Counted from the first letter of the stretch, positions 1 through 10,500 are shown. The stretch is 64,000 nucleotides of DNA from Candidatus Woykebacteria bacterium RBG_13_40_15 (GCA_001816655.1 MHCP01000014.1:27068-91067), one strand, 5' to 3'. Numbers and translations are program-made. The notes: generated by a model not told the origin, from the letters alone.

Positions 1-1269
1 ATGAAAACTAAAAAAATTCATTTTATGGGGGTTGGTGGAACTGGCTGTTCAGCTGTTTATTTTATCGCTAAAAGTTTGGGGTACTCTGTTTCAGGCTGCG
101 ACAAGGAAATTTCTAGGTTTATTGGAACCGAAAAAGGAATCCAAAAAGGCCACAACGCCTTGCATCTAGTCGGAGTAGACTCTTTAGTTTACTCTCCTGC
201 TATTCCAGCCCTCGATCCTCAAAACCCTGAATTATTATCTGCCAAAGCTAGAGGTGTAGAAACTATGCCTTGGGAGAGGTTTGTTGCAAGGGAATTCCTG
301 AAGGATAAGTTTGTTATTGCGGTGTCCGGTACCCATGGCAAAAGCACGACAACGGCGATGATTGCCACGATTCTAGAGAAAGCAGGTTTAGATCCGACTT
401 GTTTAGTTGGGGCTATTGTAAATAGTTGGGGCCGAAATTTTCGTGTGGGAAAATCGAAATACTTTGTAATTGAGGCAGATGAGTACGGGGAAAAATTTTT
501 AGAATTTTCCGCGGATGCCGCTGTCATTACAAATATTGATTTTGATCACCCTGAGTATTTCAAAAACTTAGGAGAGGTGGAACTGGCATTTGAGAAGTTT
601 GTTAAAAATACAAAGGAAGGCTCGATCCTCATGACTGGCCCTGGTGTTAATATTCAAAATCCTAATGGTGAGACACTGAGAGTGGTATCCAACGGTTTTA
701 ATCTTAAGTTAATTGGGGAGTTTAATAAAACTAATGCAGCACTTGCTGCGTCGGTTGCGCGGAAGCTGGGTATTTCCGAAGAAACAATAAAAAGCGCGTT
801 GGAGAGCTTTTCAGGACTTGTTAGGCGATTCGAGTTTAAAGGCGAGGAAAAGGGTGTGGCCGTTTTTGATGATTACGCCCACCATCCAACCGCCGCTCTC
901 GAGACCTTAAAAGCCGTAAGAGAAAGGTTCCCAGACAAAAAAATCTGGTTAGTTTTTCAGCCCCACCTTTTTACGAGAACCAAGGCTCTTTTTGGCCAGT
1001 TTAAAGAAGCCTTTGAAAAAGCACCAGTTGATGAAATAATTCTGGTTGATATTTTTGCTGCAAGAGAAAAAGATACCGGAGAAATAAATAGTGGGGACCT
1101 CGCAAAAAGTATTGAAGGAAGGGAAGTAAAATATATCCCAGAGATAGAAGAAGCTGCAATTTACTTAGTGAAAGAAGTTTCTGCAGGAGACCTTGTAGTT
1201 TCTATGGGTGCTGGTGGTATCTCAAAGCTATCAGAAATTTTGCTAAAAAAATTAAAAGGAAAAGGATGA
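1..1269 (+). CDS. murC: UDP-N-acetylmuramate--L-alanine ligase
   Basis: GVGGTGCS N-terminal motif, GTHGKSTTT P-loop, EADEY and DDYAHHPT motifs. Confidence 0.95.
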   Translation: MKTKKIHFMGVGGTGCSAVYFIAKSLGYSVSGCDKEISRFIGTEKGIQKGHNALHLVGVDSLVYSPAIPALDPQNPELLSAKARGVETMPWERFVAREFLKDKFVIAVSGTHGKSTTTAMIATILEKAGLDPTCLVGAIVNSWGRNFRVGKSKYFVIEADEYGEKFLEFSADAAVITNIDFDHPEYFKNLGEVELAFEKFVKNTKEGSILMTGPGVNIQNPNGETLRVVSNGFNLKLIGEFNKTNAALAASVARKLGISEETIKSALESFSGLVRRFEFKGEEKGVAVFDDYAHHPTAALETLKAVRERFPDKKIWLVFQPHLFTRTKALFGQFKEAFEKAPVDEIILVDIFAAREKDTGEINSGDLAKSIEGREVKYIPEIEEAAIYLVKEVSAGDLVVSMGAGGISKLSEILLKKLKGKG

Positions 1270-2162
1270 GCAAAGAGCTAATCAAGAAACTTGGATTTAA
1301 TCGAATAAAACTTAATGAACCGTTGTCAGAGCACACTTTTATTCAAGCGGGAGGACCGGCCGATTTCTATTATGAAGCGAAAATTTCAGAAGAACTAAAA
1401 GAGGCTGCAAAAGCGGCAGCTGCCGAAAAAATTCCTTTTGTGGTGATTGGTGCTGGTGGTAATATTTTAGCTTCGGATAAGGGGTTTCGAGGATTGGTAA
1501 TAAAGAATTCTTCAGAAAATATCAAATTTTCGCCATTTGATTTTGTTGAGGTGGATTCAGGGGTAAACAATAGTGAATTAATCACCGCTGCAAAGGATAG
1601 AGGCCTCACTGGTTTAGAAAGACTAATCAAAGTTCCGGGAACGGTCGGCGGTGCAATATACATGAATGCAGGGGATACAGCAAAATCTGAGTTTTTTGGG
1701 GATTTAGTTGAAACAGTGGCCGTCCTTGATCAAAATGGTGAGGTAAAAAAGTTGGGAAAAGAAGATTGCGGCTTTGCATATCGCACGTCTCGTTTTCAAG
1801 GTAGCGGCGAGATAATTTTGAGCGCCAGCATACAATTAAAACAGGCTACAAAAGAAGAGATAGAAAGTAAGGCGAAGGACGTTTTAGTTCGAAAAATGAA
1901 TCAGCCGACTGGTCCTTCAATGGGGTCAATTTTCAAAAACCCACCTGGAAATTTCGCTGGTAAGCTAATTGATGAAGCAGGTTTAAAAGGAAAAGAGGTA
2001 GGCAGTGCAAAAATATCGGAAAAACATGCAAATTATATAATCAATGAAGGTAGTGCTAAGGCTTCAGATGTAAAAGCTTTAGTAGATTTGGCAAAATCAG
2101 AAGTTAAAAAGAAATTTGGAATCGACCTCCAAGAAGAAATCCGCTATGTTGGGGAGTGGTGA
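1266..2162 (+). CDS. murB: UDP-N-acetylenolpyruvoylglucosamine reductase
   Basis: PGTVGGAIYMNAG, GSIFKNP and SEKHANYIIN motifs; ATGA overlap with murC. Confidence 0.95.
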   Translation: MSKELIKKLGFNRIKLNEPLSEHTFIQAGGPADFYYEAKISEELKEAAKAAAAEKIPFVVIGAGGNILASDKGFRGLVIKNSSENIKFSPFDFVEVDSGVNNSELITAAKDRGLTGLERLIKVPGTVGGAIYMNAGDTAKSEFFGDLVETVAVLDQNGEVKKLGKEDCGFAYRTSRFQGSGEIILSASIQLKQATKEEIESKAKDVLVRKMNQPTGPSMGSIFKNPPGNFAGKLIDEAGLKGKEVGSAKISEKHANYIINEGSAKASDVKALVDLAKSEVKKKFGIDLQEEIRYVGEW

Positions 2163-2193
2163 GGAACCGCACCGATATTCAGCACGGTTCCTC
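2162..2193. terminator. Hairpin between convergent murB and orphan gene
   Basis: Arms AGGAACCG ... CGGTTCCT. Confidence 0.5.
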
Positions 2194-2217
2194 AAATCGG
2201 TAGTTGGGTGGTAGGTC

Positions 2218-2619
2218 TTATTGATCGTGGCAGGTACAGGGAAACTCGAAATCTCCGAAGAAGTGCCTCGGATGATCGTTGTGTACGTGGCAATCAAGGG
2301 CCTGACGGCCAGGGTAATCCTGGCACAGGCATTCTTGAGGGTACGGTAGGGTTTTCAGAACTGCCACGATTTTGTCCTCGACCTCAGGCCGTAGCCTTGC
2401 TTCCAAGCTGTGCAGGCACATAAGCTGCAATGTGGAATTGAATTCGTCGGGATCCTCGCAGGACAGGAGGAGCACCTGCGCGTCTCTGCTTTCCATTGGG
2501 CCTGGTTCATCTCGTCCTTGGACTCGCCATCGTTGCCCCCAGGCTTCTAACCTTTTGGTGTCTGGATTGAACCTGACTTCTACCGGTGCTAGTTCGATCG
2601 CCGTGCTTGTTTGCGACAT
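2218..2619 (-). CDS. Hypothetical protein, GC-rich orphan with Cys/His-rich C-terminus
   Basis: 133-aa ORF with AGGAGGGAG SD upstream and a TTGACC..TATTAT-like promoter; C-terminus has CxC, CxxH and CxCH. Confidence 0.6.
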   Translation of the reverse strand: MSQTSTAIELAPVEVRFNPDTKRLEAWGQRWRVQGRDEPGPMESRDAQVLLLSCEDPDEFNSTLQLMCLHSLEARLRPEVEDKIVAVLKTLPYPQECLCQDYPGRQALDCHVHNDHPRHFFGDFEFPCTCHDQ

Positions 2620-2764
2620 ACGGCTCCCTCCTCAGGATGGGTTTGATACTTCTCCAGCTCTTCTAACTAGGGAATAATAACAGAGCTAATCCCCCTCGGT
2701 CAACTATTAAGTTGTTTGACCAGGTTTCTTGCAATCTACTACTTGCTAGCTTAAAATTAGGGAC

Positions 2765-4081
2765 ATGGCAAAATACATTATTGAGGGTGGCTTTCCCTTG
2801 AAAGGGAAAGTAGCTGTTCCTGGGGCGAAAAATGCCGGTTTTAAGTTAATAATTGCGAGCCTTCTTTCCGATGAAATTTCCACTCTAAGTAACATTTCTT
2901 ATATCCGCGACGTTATTTCAGTCAAAAAAATAATTGAGGCTTTGGGTGCAAAAGTTGCGTTTTCCGATGACACAATGCAGATTAGCGGTGGAATTAAAAC
3001 TTGGGAAGTACCAGCCGAACTTGGAATAGCTTCGCGGGCTTCTTTTATGTATTTGCCGGTTCTTCTGCATAGATTTAAAAAGGGAAAAGTTAATCTTCCT
3101 GTTGGCGATAAAATTGGTGATCGTCCGATAAACTGGTTTCTTGATGGTTTAAAGAAAATGGGGGCGGCTATTGTTGAGAATGATGGTTTAGTCGAAGTTA
3201 CCGCTCCAAACGGCCTTTCTGGCTGCAACTATACTTTTCCAAAAAATTCTCATACCGGAACTGAAGGTTTGATAATGGCAGCAGCTCTTGCTAGCGGAAA
3301 AACTAAGTTAGAAAATTCAGCTGCCGAGCCTGAAATTGATGATTTAATTGCCTTTTTGAACAAAATGGGAGCAAAAATCAGGCGGGTTTCGGAACGAACG
3401 ATTGAGATTGAAGGAGTAGTTTCTTTGAAAGGCGCTGTTCATAAGGTAATGCCAGACCGAAATGAAGTTGTGACTTTTGGTTGTATTGCTCTGGGTACCA
3501 AAGGGGACATTGAAATAGAAAACGCTAACCCTCAGGTCATTAAGGCATTTCTCGAAAAAGTTAAAGAGGCCGGTGGTGGAGTTGAAATGGCAGAGGGGGG
3601 CCTGCGTATTTTTTACAAAGGGGACTTAAAATCAACTAATGTCGAGACGAAACCGTATCCTGGTTTTATGACAGACTGGCAGAGTCTATGGACGGCTTTA
3701 ATGACTCAAAACTTTGGAGAATCGACTGTTCATGAAACAATCTTTGAAAATCGTTTTGGTTTTGTCCCAAGCTTGCAAAAAATGGGAGCAAAGATTGAAT
3801 TATTTTCCCCGAAGGTTACTAACCCAGCTAGTTTTTATAACTTTGATTGGAAAAGCGAATCTGAAAAATATCCTCACGCAGCAAAAATTTTTGGCCCAAC
3901 AAGGCTGAAAGGTAGTGATTTGGAAGTTACCGACATTAGAGCTGGTGCAACTCTTGTCTTTGCGGCACTTGCAGCAGAGGGCGAAAGTAGCCTTTCTGGT
4001 ATAGAGCATATCGAAAGAGGTTACGAAGACTTAGAAGGAAGGCTTGAACGTTTAGGCGCTAGAATCGGAAAGATAGAGTAG
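2765..4081 (+). CDS. murA: UDP-N-acetylglucosamine 1-carboxyvinyltransferase (Asp at the Cys115-equivalent position)
   Basis: GAKNA, AAEPEI, PYPGFMTD, DIRAGA and HIERGY motifs; LPVGDKIG in place of LPGGCxIG. Confidence 0.95.
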   Translation: MAKYIIEGGFPLKGKVAVPGAKNAGFKLIIASLLSDEISTLSNISYIRDVISVKKIIEALGAKVAFSDDTMQISGGIKTWEVPAELGIASRASFMYLPVLLHRFKKGKVNLPVGDKIGDRPINWFLDGLKKMGAAIVENDGLVEVTAPNGLSGCNYTFPKNSHTGTEGLIMAAALASGKTKLENSAAEPEIDDLIAFLNKMGAKIRRVSERTIEIEGVVSLKGAVHKVMPDRNEVVTFGCIALGTKGDIEIENANPQVIKAFLEKVKEAGGGVEMAEGGLRIFYKGDLKSTNVETKPYPGFMTDWQSLWTALMTQNFGESTVHETIFENRFGFVPSLQKMGAKIELFSPKVTNPASFYNFDWKSESEKYPHAAKIFGPTRLKGSDLEVTDIRAGATLVFAALAAEGESSLSGIEHIERGYEDLEGRLERLGARIGKIE

Positions 4082-4090
4082 GGCTATTTT

Positions 4091-5290
4091 ATGAATGGCA
4101 GATTTTTCAAAAAAATTTTACATACCGGACGGAGATTTGCGGCCAAGTTTTGGATGTTGACTCATTCAAAAGTACAGGTAATAGGAATTACAGGAAGTTA
4201 TGGTAAAACGTATACTACGAGTGCCATTAGTAGTGTACTTTCGGAAAAATACAAAGTTCTACAAACTGATATTAACCTCGATACTCTTTATAATGTTCCA
4301 ATTACAGTTTTAAAACTTTCTGATCAACAAAAATTAGTTTTAGAGTACGGTATTGATCATCCAAAGGAAATGAGCGGGCATCTTTTTGTAGTAAAGCCGT
4401 CTATCGCAGTGATAACTGGTATTACACCAGTTCACGCCGACCCCGCTCATTTAGGATCCCTGGAAAACATTGTTAAGGAAAAAGGAAAGTTAGCTGAAGC
4501 TGCCTCAAAAAGGAAGGGTTGGATAGTAGCAAACTGGGATGATCAACTTGCAAGAAGAATTGCAGAGAGTGTAAAGGGAAAAATTATTTTCTACGGAAAA
4601 AACAGGTATCACTGCCAGTTTTGGGCCTCTCACATAAAGGTTCTTTCAAAAGGAACAAGCTTCAAAATGCATTTCAAAGGCCAAAGCCATAATGTCAAAT
4701 TACAACTTATAGGTAAACATCACGTATATACAGCGATGGCTGCTGTTGCTGTAGGGTACCTTTGTGATCTTAAATGGAGGGAAATAATTCGAGGCTTAGA
4801 AAAAGTTAAACCGCTTCCCGGTCGTGGCAACATTGAACTTGGTCCTAAAGAATCAATAGTTTTCAATGATTCGCGTCGGGCTAACCCCGCTTCAACGGTT
4901 GCGGGGCTCCAAACCTTGGCGGACTTTCCGGCAAAAAGAAAAATTGCCGTTCTTGGAGAGATGGGGGAGCTTGGTGACTATTCCGAGGAAGGACATCGCA
5001 GCGTTGGTAGAAAGGCGGCGGAAACAAAACCTGATTATTTGATTTGTGTTGGAGAGCAGACCAAATATATTGCTGATGAAGCCGAAAAAGGAATGAAAAA
5101 AGGGAAGGTAATTTGGGTCAAAGATGTATTTGAAGCTGCTGGAGCTCTCTCTGGGGTTTTGAAAAAAGGCGACCTCTGGTATTTGAAGGGCTCTCTGTTG
5201 AAACACTTAGAGCGGATCCCTCTAATTCTAGAAGGCAAAGATGTTGATCCTGACGAAATCGCTTCAAAACGCTACGAAGTCTACACTTAA
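4091..5290 (+). CDS. murF: UDP-MurNAc-tripeptide--D-Ala-D-Ala ligase, short form lacking most of the N-terminal domain
   Basis: GITGSYGKT, NDSRRANPAS, VLGEMGELG and LKGS motifs. Confidence 0.85.
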   Translation: MNGRFFKKILHTGRRFAAKFWMLTHSKVQVIGITGSYGKTYTTSAISSVLSEKYKVLQTDINLDTLYNVPITVLKLSDQQKLVLEYGIDHPKEMSGHLFVVKPSIAVITGITPVHADPAHLGSLENIVKEKGKLAEAASKRKGWIVANWDDQLARRIAESVKGKIIFYGKNRYHCQFWASHIKVLSKGTSFKMHFKGQSHNVKLQLIGKHHVYTAMAAVAVGYLCDLKWREIIRGLEKVKPLPGRGNIELGPKESIVFNDSRRANPASTVAGLQTLADFPAKRKIAVLGEMGELGDYSEEGHRSVGRKAAETKPDYLICVGEQTKYIADEAEKGMKKGKVIWVKDVFEAAGALSGVLKKGDLWYLKGSLLKHLERIPLILEGKDVDPDEIASKRYEVYT

Positions 5291-5353
5291 TTCTGCATTC
5301 TTAAGTCCCTGTAGTTTGCTTGAAAGCCAGTCAAGTGGTAAAATCAAGCCTAC

Positions 5354-6361
5354 ATGGTAAAACTTTTGGGGATTTTGCTTTTTTCTTTTGCGGCTACTTT
5401 TGCCGCGGCAGTCCCTTTTATCAACCTTTTATATAAGCTTAAGTTTCAACGCCAGCGTGAGGCGCAAAAAGATATTTTTGGGCATTTTACTTCAATCGTT
5501 AATCGTCTTCACGGTTGGAAAGTCGGTACTCCAAACGCTGGAGGAATTCTGATTATTTTGGTCACTATATTTTTCTCTGCCCTCTTTTACAAATTGACCA
5601 AGTATCACCTCAATTGGACAGCCTATATTTTGTATATAACTTTGACTGGATTTGGGATCCTAGGTCTTTATGACGACATTAGAAAGTTTTACGGCTTCAA
5701 AATTGCTGGTGTTTGGGGATTGCGAATTCGTTATAAATTTTTATTACAACTTCTTCTCTCATTACTGATTGGTTACCTTCTTTTTAGTAAAATGGGGTTG
5801 TCTTCAATCCACGTTCCTATTGCTAATTCAAATATAGAGCTAGGGCCTTTTTATATAATTTGGGCAGCCCTCATTGTTTTCGCAACAACAAATGCTGTAA
5901 ATATTACAGACGGGTTGGATGGACTAGCCACTGGTAGCGTTATAATTTCGTTAGTTGCTTTTTGGTACCTGGCTAGTCTAACTAACTTTGGTGATATCGA
6001 TTTATTTATCGCTGTAACTATCGGTTCTCTGTTAGCATTTCTTTACTTTAATATCTATCCGGCTAGAGTGTGGCTTGGTGATACAGGAGCGCTTCCTCTG
6101 GGAGCGATGCTGGCGGTAGTTGCTTTAATTTTGAATGCTTCGTTAGTTTTACCTTTCATTGGTTTAATTTTTGTCGTAGAAGCAGCAAGTTCCCTCGCGC
6201 AAATGCTCTCAAAAGGCCTTTTTCATCAGCGTGTTTTTATCGCTGCACCTCTTCATCACCATTTTGAAGCCAAAGGTTGGGATGAGACCAAAGTAACAAT
6301 GAGGTTTTGGCTTGGAAGCGTAGCAGCAGCCTTTATTGGTGTGTTCATTGCCTTATTATAA
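5354..6361 (+). CDS. mraY: Phospho-N-acetylmuramoyl-pentapeptide transferase
   Basis: GTPNAGG, YDD, NAVNITDGLDGL, LGDTG and APLHHHFE motifs. Confidence 0.95.
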   Translation: MVKLLGILLFSFAATFAAAVPFINLLYKLKFQRQREAQKDIFGHFTSIVNRLHGWKVGTPNAGGILIILVTIFFSALFYKLTKYHLNWTAYILYITLTGFGILGLYDDIRKFYGFKIAGVWGLRIRYKFLLQLLLSLLIGYLLFSKMGLSSIHVPIANSNIELGPFYIIWAALIVFATTNAVNITDGLDGLATGSVIISLVAFWYLASLTNFGDIDLFIAVTIGSLLAFLYFNIYPARVWLGDTGALPLGAMLAVVALILNASLVLPFIGLIFVVEAASSLAQMLSKGLFHQRVFIAAPLHHHFEAKGWDETKVTMRFWLGSVAAAFIGVFIALL

Positions 6362-6381
6362 CTTGTTCCGTTATGTTGATT

Positions 6382-7740
6382 ATGGATTTCAAAGGTAAAA
6401 AAATTGCAGTAATTGGTGCTGGTGTGGAAGGGCTTTCCTCACTAGAATTTTTTTCAAAAAAAGAAGCCTTACTATTTATATTGGACCAAAAAAACGAAAA
6501 CGAAATTAAAAGAGACAAGTTGGATAGGATAAAAGGTCTTGGCGCTAAAATAATTACCGGCAAAAATTATTTATCAAGCTTATCAGATTTCGATATTATA
6601 GTTCGATCGCCAGGGGTTAGGAGGGATTTGCCAGAAATAGTCCGCGCAGAAAAAAGAGGTGCTGTTGTAACATCACAAACTAAATTATTTTTTGATTTGT
6701 GTCCTGCAAAGATTATTGGTGTTACTGGTACGAAAGGAAAGGGAACAACATCAAGTTTAATCTATGAGATTTTAAAGCAGGCTGGGAGAGAAGTTTTCTT
6801 GGGGGGTAATATTGGAAAGCCACCTCTCGATCTTATTGATGAACTGACTAAGGAGTCCATCGTTGTTTTGGAACTTTCGAGCTTCCAACTTATTGATTTA
6901 GATAAAAGTCCCTACATTGCTGTGATCCTAATGATTACTAGCGAGCATCTTGATTGGCACAAAAGCCCTGACGAATACTTTAAAGCAAAGGAGACGATAG
7001 TAAAGTTCCAGAATGAAAATGATTCTGTAGTTATGAATGCGGATTTCGAACAGTCAAAAAAAATTGGGGATACTTCCCTCGCAAAAAAATATTATTTCTC
7101 CACAAAATCAAAAATAGGGCAAGGTGCATTTGTTGATGAGGACCAGATTGTATCAACCATTGGTAGCCTGCAGGAAGTTGTTAAGATTTCAGATATCAAA
7201 ATTCCCGGTGAGCACAATTTGCAAAATGTTGCGGCTGCGACCCTTGTAGCTGAAATTTTAAAAATTCCTGTTGATGCAATAAGATCAGCGGTTAGGTTAT
7301 ATAAAGGACTTCCGCATAGATTAGAGTTAATAGCAGAAAAAAACGGAGTTCCTTTTTACAATGATTCGGCTTCAACCAATCCGGAAACTACAATAGCTGC
7401 AATTTTGGCCTTTAAAAATCCAAAGATATTAATACTTGGAGGTTCAAGTAAGAACTCTAATTTTGATAATCTTGGAAAAGCGGCTTCCAATGAAAACGTA
7501 AAGGCAGTGATTCTGGTAGGACAAGAGGCAATAAGAATAAAACAGTCTTTGGAAAGAGCTAATTTTAAAGGACAGATCGTTGAGAATGTTGAAGAAATGC
7601 AGGGCGTTGTTGGTAAGGCTGTAAGTTTAGCCAATATGGGCGACGTTGTAATTCTTTCACCAGCGTGCGCCTCTTTTGATCAATATAAAAATTACATCGA
7701 GCGAGGGGAGAAATTCAAACAAGCTGTAAGAGAGTTATAG
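6382..7740 (+). CDS. murD: UDP-MurNAc-L-Ala--D-glutamate ligase (start may be 6373)
   Basis: GVTGTKGKGTT, ELSSFQL, YNDSASTN and LSPACASFDQY motifs. Confidence 0.95.
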   Translation: MDFKGKKIAVIGAGVEGLSSLEFFSKKEALLFILDQKNENEIKRDKLDRIKGLGAKIITGKNYLSSLSDFDIIVRSPGVRRDLPEIVRAEKRGAVVTSQTKLFFDLCPAKIIGVTGTKGKGTTSSLIYEILKQAGREVFLGGNIGKPPLDLIDELTKESIVVLELSSFQLIDLDKSPYIAVILMITSEHLDWHKSPDEYFKAKETIVKFQNENDSVVMNADFEQSKKIGDTSLAKKYYFSTKSKIGQGAFVDEDQIVSTIGSLQEVVKISDIKIPGEHNLQNVAAATLVAEILKIPVDAIRSAVRLYKGLPHRLELIAEKNGVPFYNDSASTNPETTIAAILAFKNPKILILGGSSKNSNFDNLGKAASNENVKAVILVGQEAIRIKQSLERANFKGQIVENVEEMQGVVGKAVSLANMGDVVILSPACASFDQYKNYIERGEKFKQAVREL

Positions 7741-7744
7741 TTTC

Positions 7745-8851
7745 ATGAAAAAAGCAATTAAACTTTCAGTTCACAAGCCAGATTTAATTCTTTTGGGAGT
7801 AGTTTTTGCTCTTTTGTTGTTTGGGCTTTTAATGATTTTTAATGCTTCTCCTGTAACCAGCCTTCGTGATTTCGGTGACAACCTTTACTTAATTCGGTGG
7901 CAGATCCTCTGGTCTATATTGGGCTTGGTAGCCGCTTCTATTGTGTTTATTTTTCCTTACACCTTTTGGCAAAAAATATCGCCTCTGATATTCATTTCTT
8001 CCCTGGTTCTACTTTGCGCAGTTTTAATTCCTGCGTTCGGCTTAAAAGTTTACGGTGCTCAAAGATGGTTGAGTTTTGGTTGGATTGGTTTTCAGCCGGC
8101 GGAATTTGCCAAACTTGCATATATTATTTATGTTTCTTCCGTCCTCGCAAGGGATATAAAAATTAAACATTTTTTGATTGTTACTGCAATTTTCGCTGGG
8201 ATCCTGCTTTATCAAAAAGACCTTGGGACAACTGTTGTTCTTGTAGCGTCGGGCCTAGCAATTTTATTTGCTTCTGGAGCAAGGCTTTTGTATTTTTTTC
8301 TTTTAGTCCCGGCCTTTGCCGCCATAGGGTCGGCTTTAGTTTTTTTCACAGATTATAGGAAAGCAAGATTTCTTTGCTTCTTAAATCCATTAGCTGATCA
8401 ACAAGGAGTTTGTTATCATATTTATCAATCGCTTCTTGCTATTGGATCTGGCGGTGTTTTCGGTCTTGGTTTAGGACAATCTAGGCAAAAATATGGTTTT
8501 ATTCCAGAGGTTGCAACCGACTCAATTTTTGATGTAATTGGAAACGAACTGGGGTTTATCGGAGCTTTGGTGTTGATTAGCACCCTTTTATTATTGATTT
8601 ACCGAGGTTTCAAAATAGCTAAAAATGCTCCTGATAAGTTTAGTTACTTGTTAGTAACAGGAATTACAACTTGGGTGGGTATTCAAGCTCTTATAAATAT
8701 AGCTGGTCTTTCGGCTCTTTTGCCTTTGGTTGGTGTACCTTTGCCCTTTATTTCCTACGGAGGAAGCTCTTTAATAGCAACTCTCCTTGCAGTAGCAATA
8801 CTTCTAAATATTTCCCGTTACACAAAACATGATTCAATTAATTTTAGGTAA
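7745..8851 (+). CDS. ftsW: SEDS peptidoglycan glycosyltransferase FtsW
   Basis: GAQRW, FQPAEFAK, GLGLGQSRQK and PFISYGGSS motifs; located between murD and murG. Confidence 0.92.
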   Translation: MKKAIKLSVHKPDLILLGVVFALLLFGLLMIFNASPVTSLRDFGDNLYLIRWQILWSILGLVAASIVFIFPYTFWQKISPLIFISSLVLLCAVLIPAFGLKVYGAQRWLSFGWIGFQPAEFAKLAYIIYVSSVLARDIKIKHFLIVTAIFAGILLYQKDLGTTVVLVASGLAILFASGARLLYFFLLVPAFAAIGSALVFFTDYRKARFLCFLNPLADQQGVCYHIYQSLLAIGSGGVFGLGLGQSRQKYGFIPEVATDSIFDVIGNELGFIGALVLISTLLLLIYRGFKIAKNAPDKFSYLLVTGITTWVGIQALINIAGLSALLPLVGVPLPFISYGGSSLIATLLAVAILLNISRYTKHDSINFR

Positions 8852-8899
8852 GGCTTAGTAATTGAACTTGTAAATGACTTTTATGTATAATCTACATTT

Positions 8900-10009
8900 A
8901 TGAAAGTAGCAATTTGTGGGGGGCATCTCACCCCGGCATTAGCAGTAATAGGGGAGCTAAAAAAACGTGGCATTAAAGATTTAATCTTCATTGGTCGCGA
9001 AAAAGCGACAGAAGGGGATAGTGCTTCAAGCGCTGAATCAGTAGTTATACCAACTCTGGACATTAAATTCTATGCTATTTCAGCAGGAAGATTGCAGAGA
9101 AAATTTACTAGGTATACGATTCCAAGCTTATTAAAAGTGCCGATTGGGTTGGCTCAAACTCTTTTAATCCTAAGTCAAGAGAAACCAAATCTTGTGATTT
9201 CTTTTGGTAGTTACGTTGCTTTTCCCGTTGTAGTTGCCGCTTGGATTTTAGGGATTCCTTCAATTACCCATGAGCAGACTGTTAAAGGCGGGTTGGCAAA
9301 CCATTTAATTGCCCGTTTCGCTAAAAAGATTGCCGTTTCGTGGCCTGATTCTTTAGAATTTTTTCCAAAAGAAAGAACAGTTCTTACTGGGAACCCAATT
9401 CGTGGAGAAATTTTGAGTATAAAGAAAAAAAGGGTAAGTCGCCCAGTCGTTTTTATAACCGGGGGGAACCAAGGCGCCCACACTCTAAATGAAATTGTCT
9501 TGGAAATAATTGAAGAATTGCTACAAAAATATGAAATTATTCACCAAACAGGCGGAGCAACAAAATTTAAGGATTTCGAAATGTTGAGCGCTAGGGTAAC
9601 GCAGCTTTCCCAGCGGCTGCAAAATCGTTATAAATTGTCAAAGTGGTTGAATAGCAACGATCTTATCGAGGTTTATTCCCGCGCTTCCTTGATTGTTGGG
9701 CGATCTGGGGCAAATACAGTTAGCGAGGCTGCTGCGGTTGGGATTCCAGCCTTATTTATCCCACTTCCTTGGGCAGGCGGTGGGGAACAGGATAGAAATG
9801 CAGAAATGTTGAAAGAGCTTGGCGCAGCCTTGATTTTACCACAAGATCGTCTTACCCCACAAAGGCTATTTGCGGCAATTAATATGATCATCAGTAATTT
9901 CGACGAATTCAAAAAATCTGCAAAAAAAGCAAAGAAATTAATTTATCCACAAGCAGCGAAAAACTTCGTCGACGAAGCTTTGAAATTAACCGACCAAAAT
10001 GCTGTTTAA
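8900..10009 (+). CDS. murG: Lipid II GlcNAc transferase
   Basis: GGHLTPA, HEQ, GNPIR, GGNQGA and RSGANTVSE motifs. Confidence 0.95.
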   Translation: MKVAICGGHLTPALAVIGELKKRGIKDLIFIGREKATEGDSASSAESVVIPTLDIKFYAISAGRLQRKFTRYTIPSLLKVPIGLAQTLLILSQEKPNLVISFGSYVAFPVVVAAWILGIPSITHEQTVKGGLANHLIARFAKKIAVSWPDSLEFFPKERTVLTGNPIRGEILSIKKKRVSRPVVFITGGNQGAHTLNEIVLEIIEELLQKYEIIHQTGGATKFKDFEMLSARVTQLSQRLQNRYKLSKWLNSNDLIEVYSRASLIVGRSGANTVSEAAAVGIPALFIPLPWAGGGEQDRNAEMLKELGAALILPQDRLTPQRLFAAINMIISNFDEFKKSAKKAKKLIYPQAAKNFVDEALKLTDQNAV

Positions 10010-10466
10010 AAAACAAAGACCAAAAACCTTCGAGATTTCAAATGTAAATTCGAATAGGAAAAAAATAATTTTTTGGATTGAAATTGTGGCCGTTTTCACT
10101 TTAATTTCTGGGATTTGCTTTAGCTTTTTAAATGTGAAAAACTTTGATTTCTCAAAATTTCTCGAGACTATAAAAAGTTCAAGTGGATTAAAAAAGGACG
10201 AAGCAGAATCTAGGGAACTTACCTTTTTGGATAAAGCGAGAAATTCAATAGATAAAAAACTTTTGTCTATTACAGAATTGAAAGAGACACCAGAAGTCCT
10301 GAGCATTAAGAGTAGGGAGGGAATTGACGTTTTCATTTCGAAAAATAAAGATTTAGAAACCCAGGTGAAGACTTTACAAACTGTTCTATCTAAAGCTAAA
10401 ATAGAGAAAAGGGAAGTTTTGTTGGTGGATTTCAGATTTGATAAACTCACTGTTCGTTACAAATAG
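9999..10466 (+). CDS. Short FtsQ/DivIB-like membrane protein
   Basis: Single N-terminal TM helix, C-terminal VDFRFD motif, position between murG and ftsA. Confidence 0.55.
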   Translation: MLFKKQRPKTFEISNVNSNRKKIIFWIEIVAVFTLISGICFSFLNVKNFDFSKFLETIKSSSGLKKDEAESRELTFLDKARNSIDKKLLSITELKETPEVLSIKSREGIDVFISKNKDLETQVKTLQTVLSKAKIEKREVLLVDFRFDKLTVRYK

Positions 10467-10500
10467 TTTATTCGAAGCTGATTAAATAAGAAGAGGAAAT

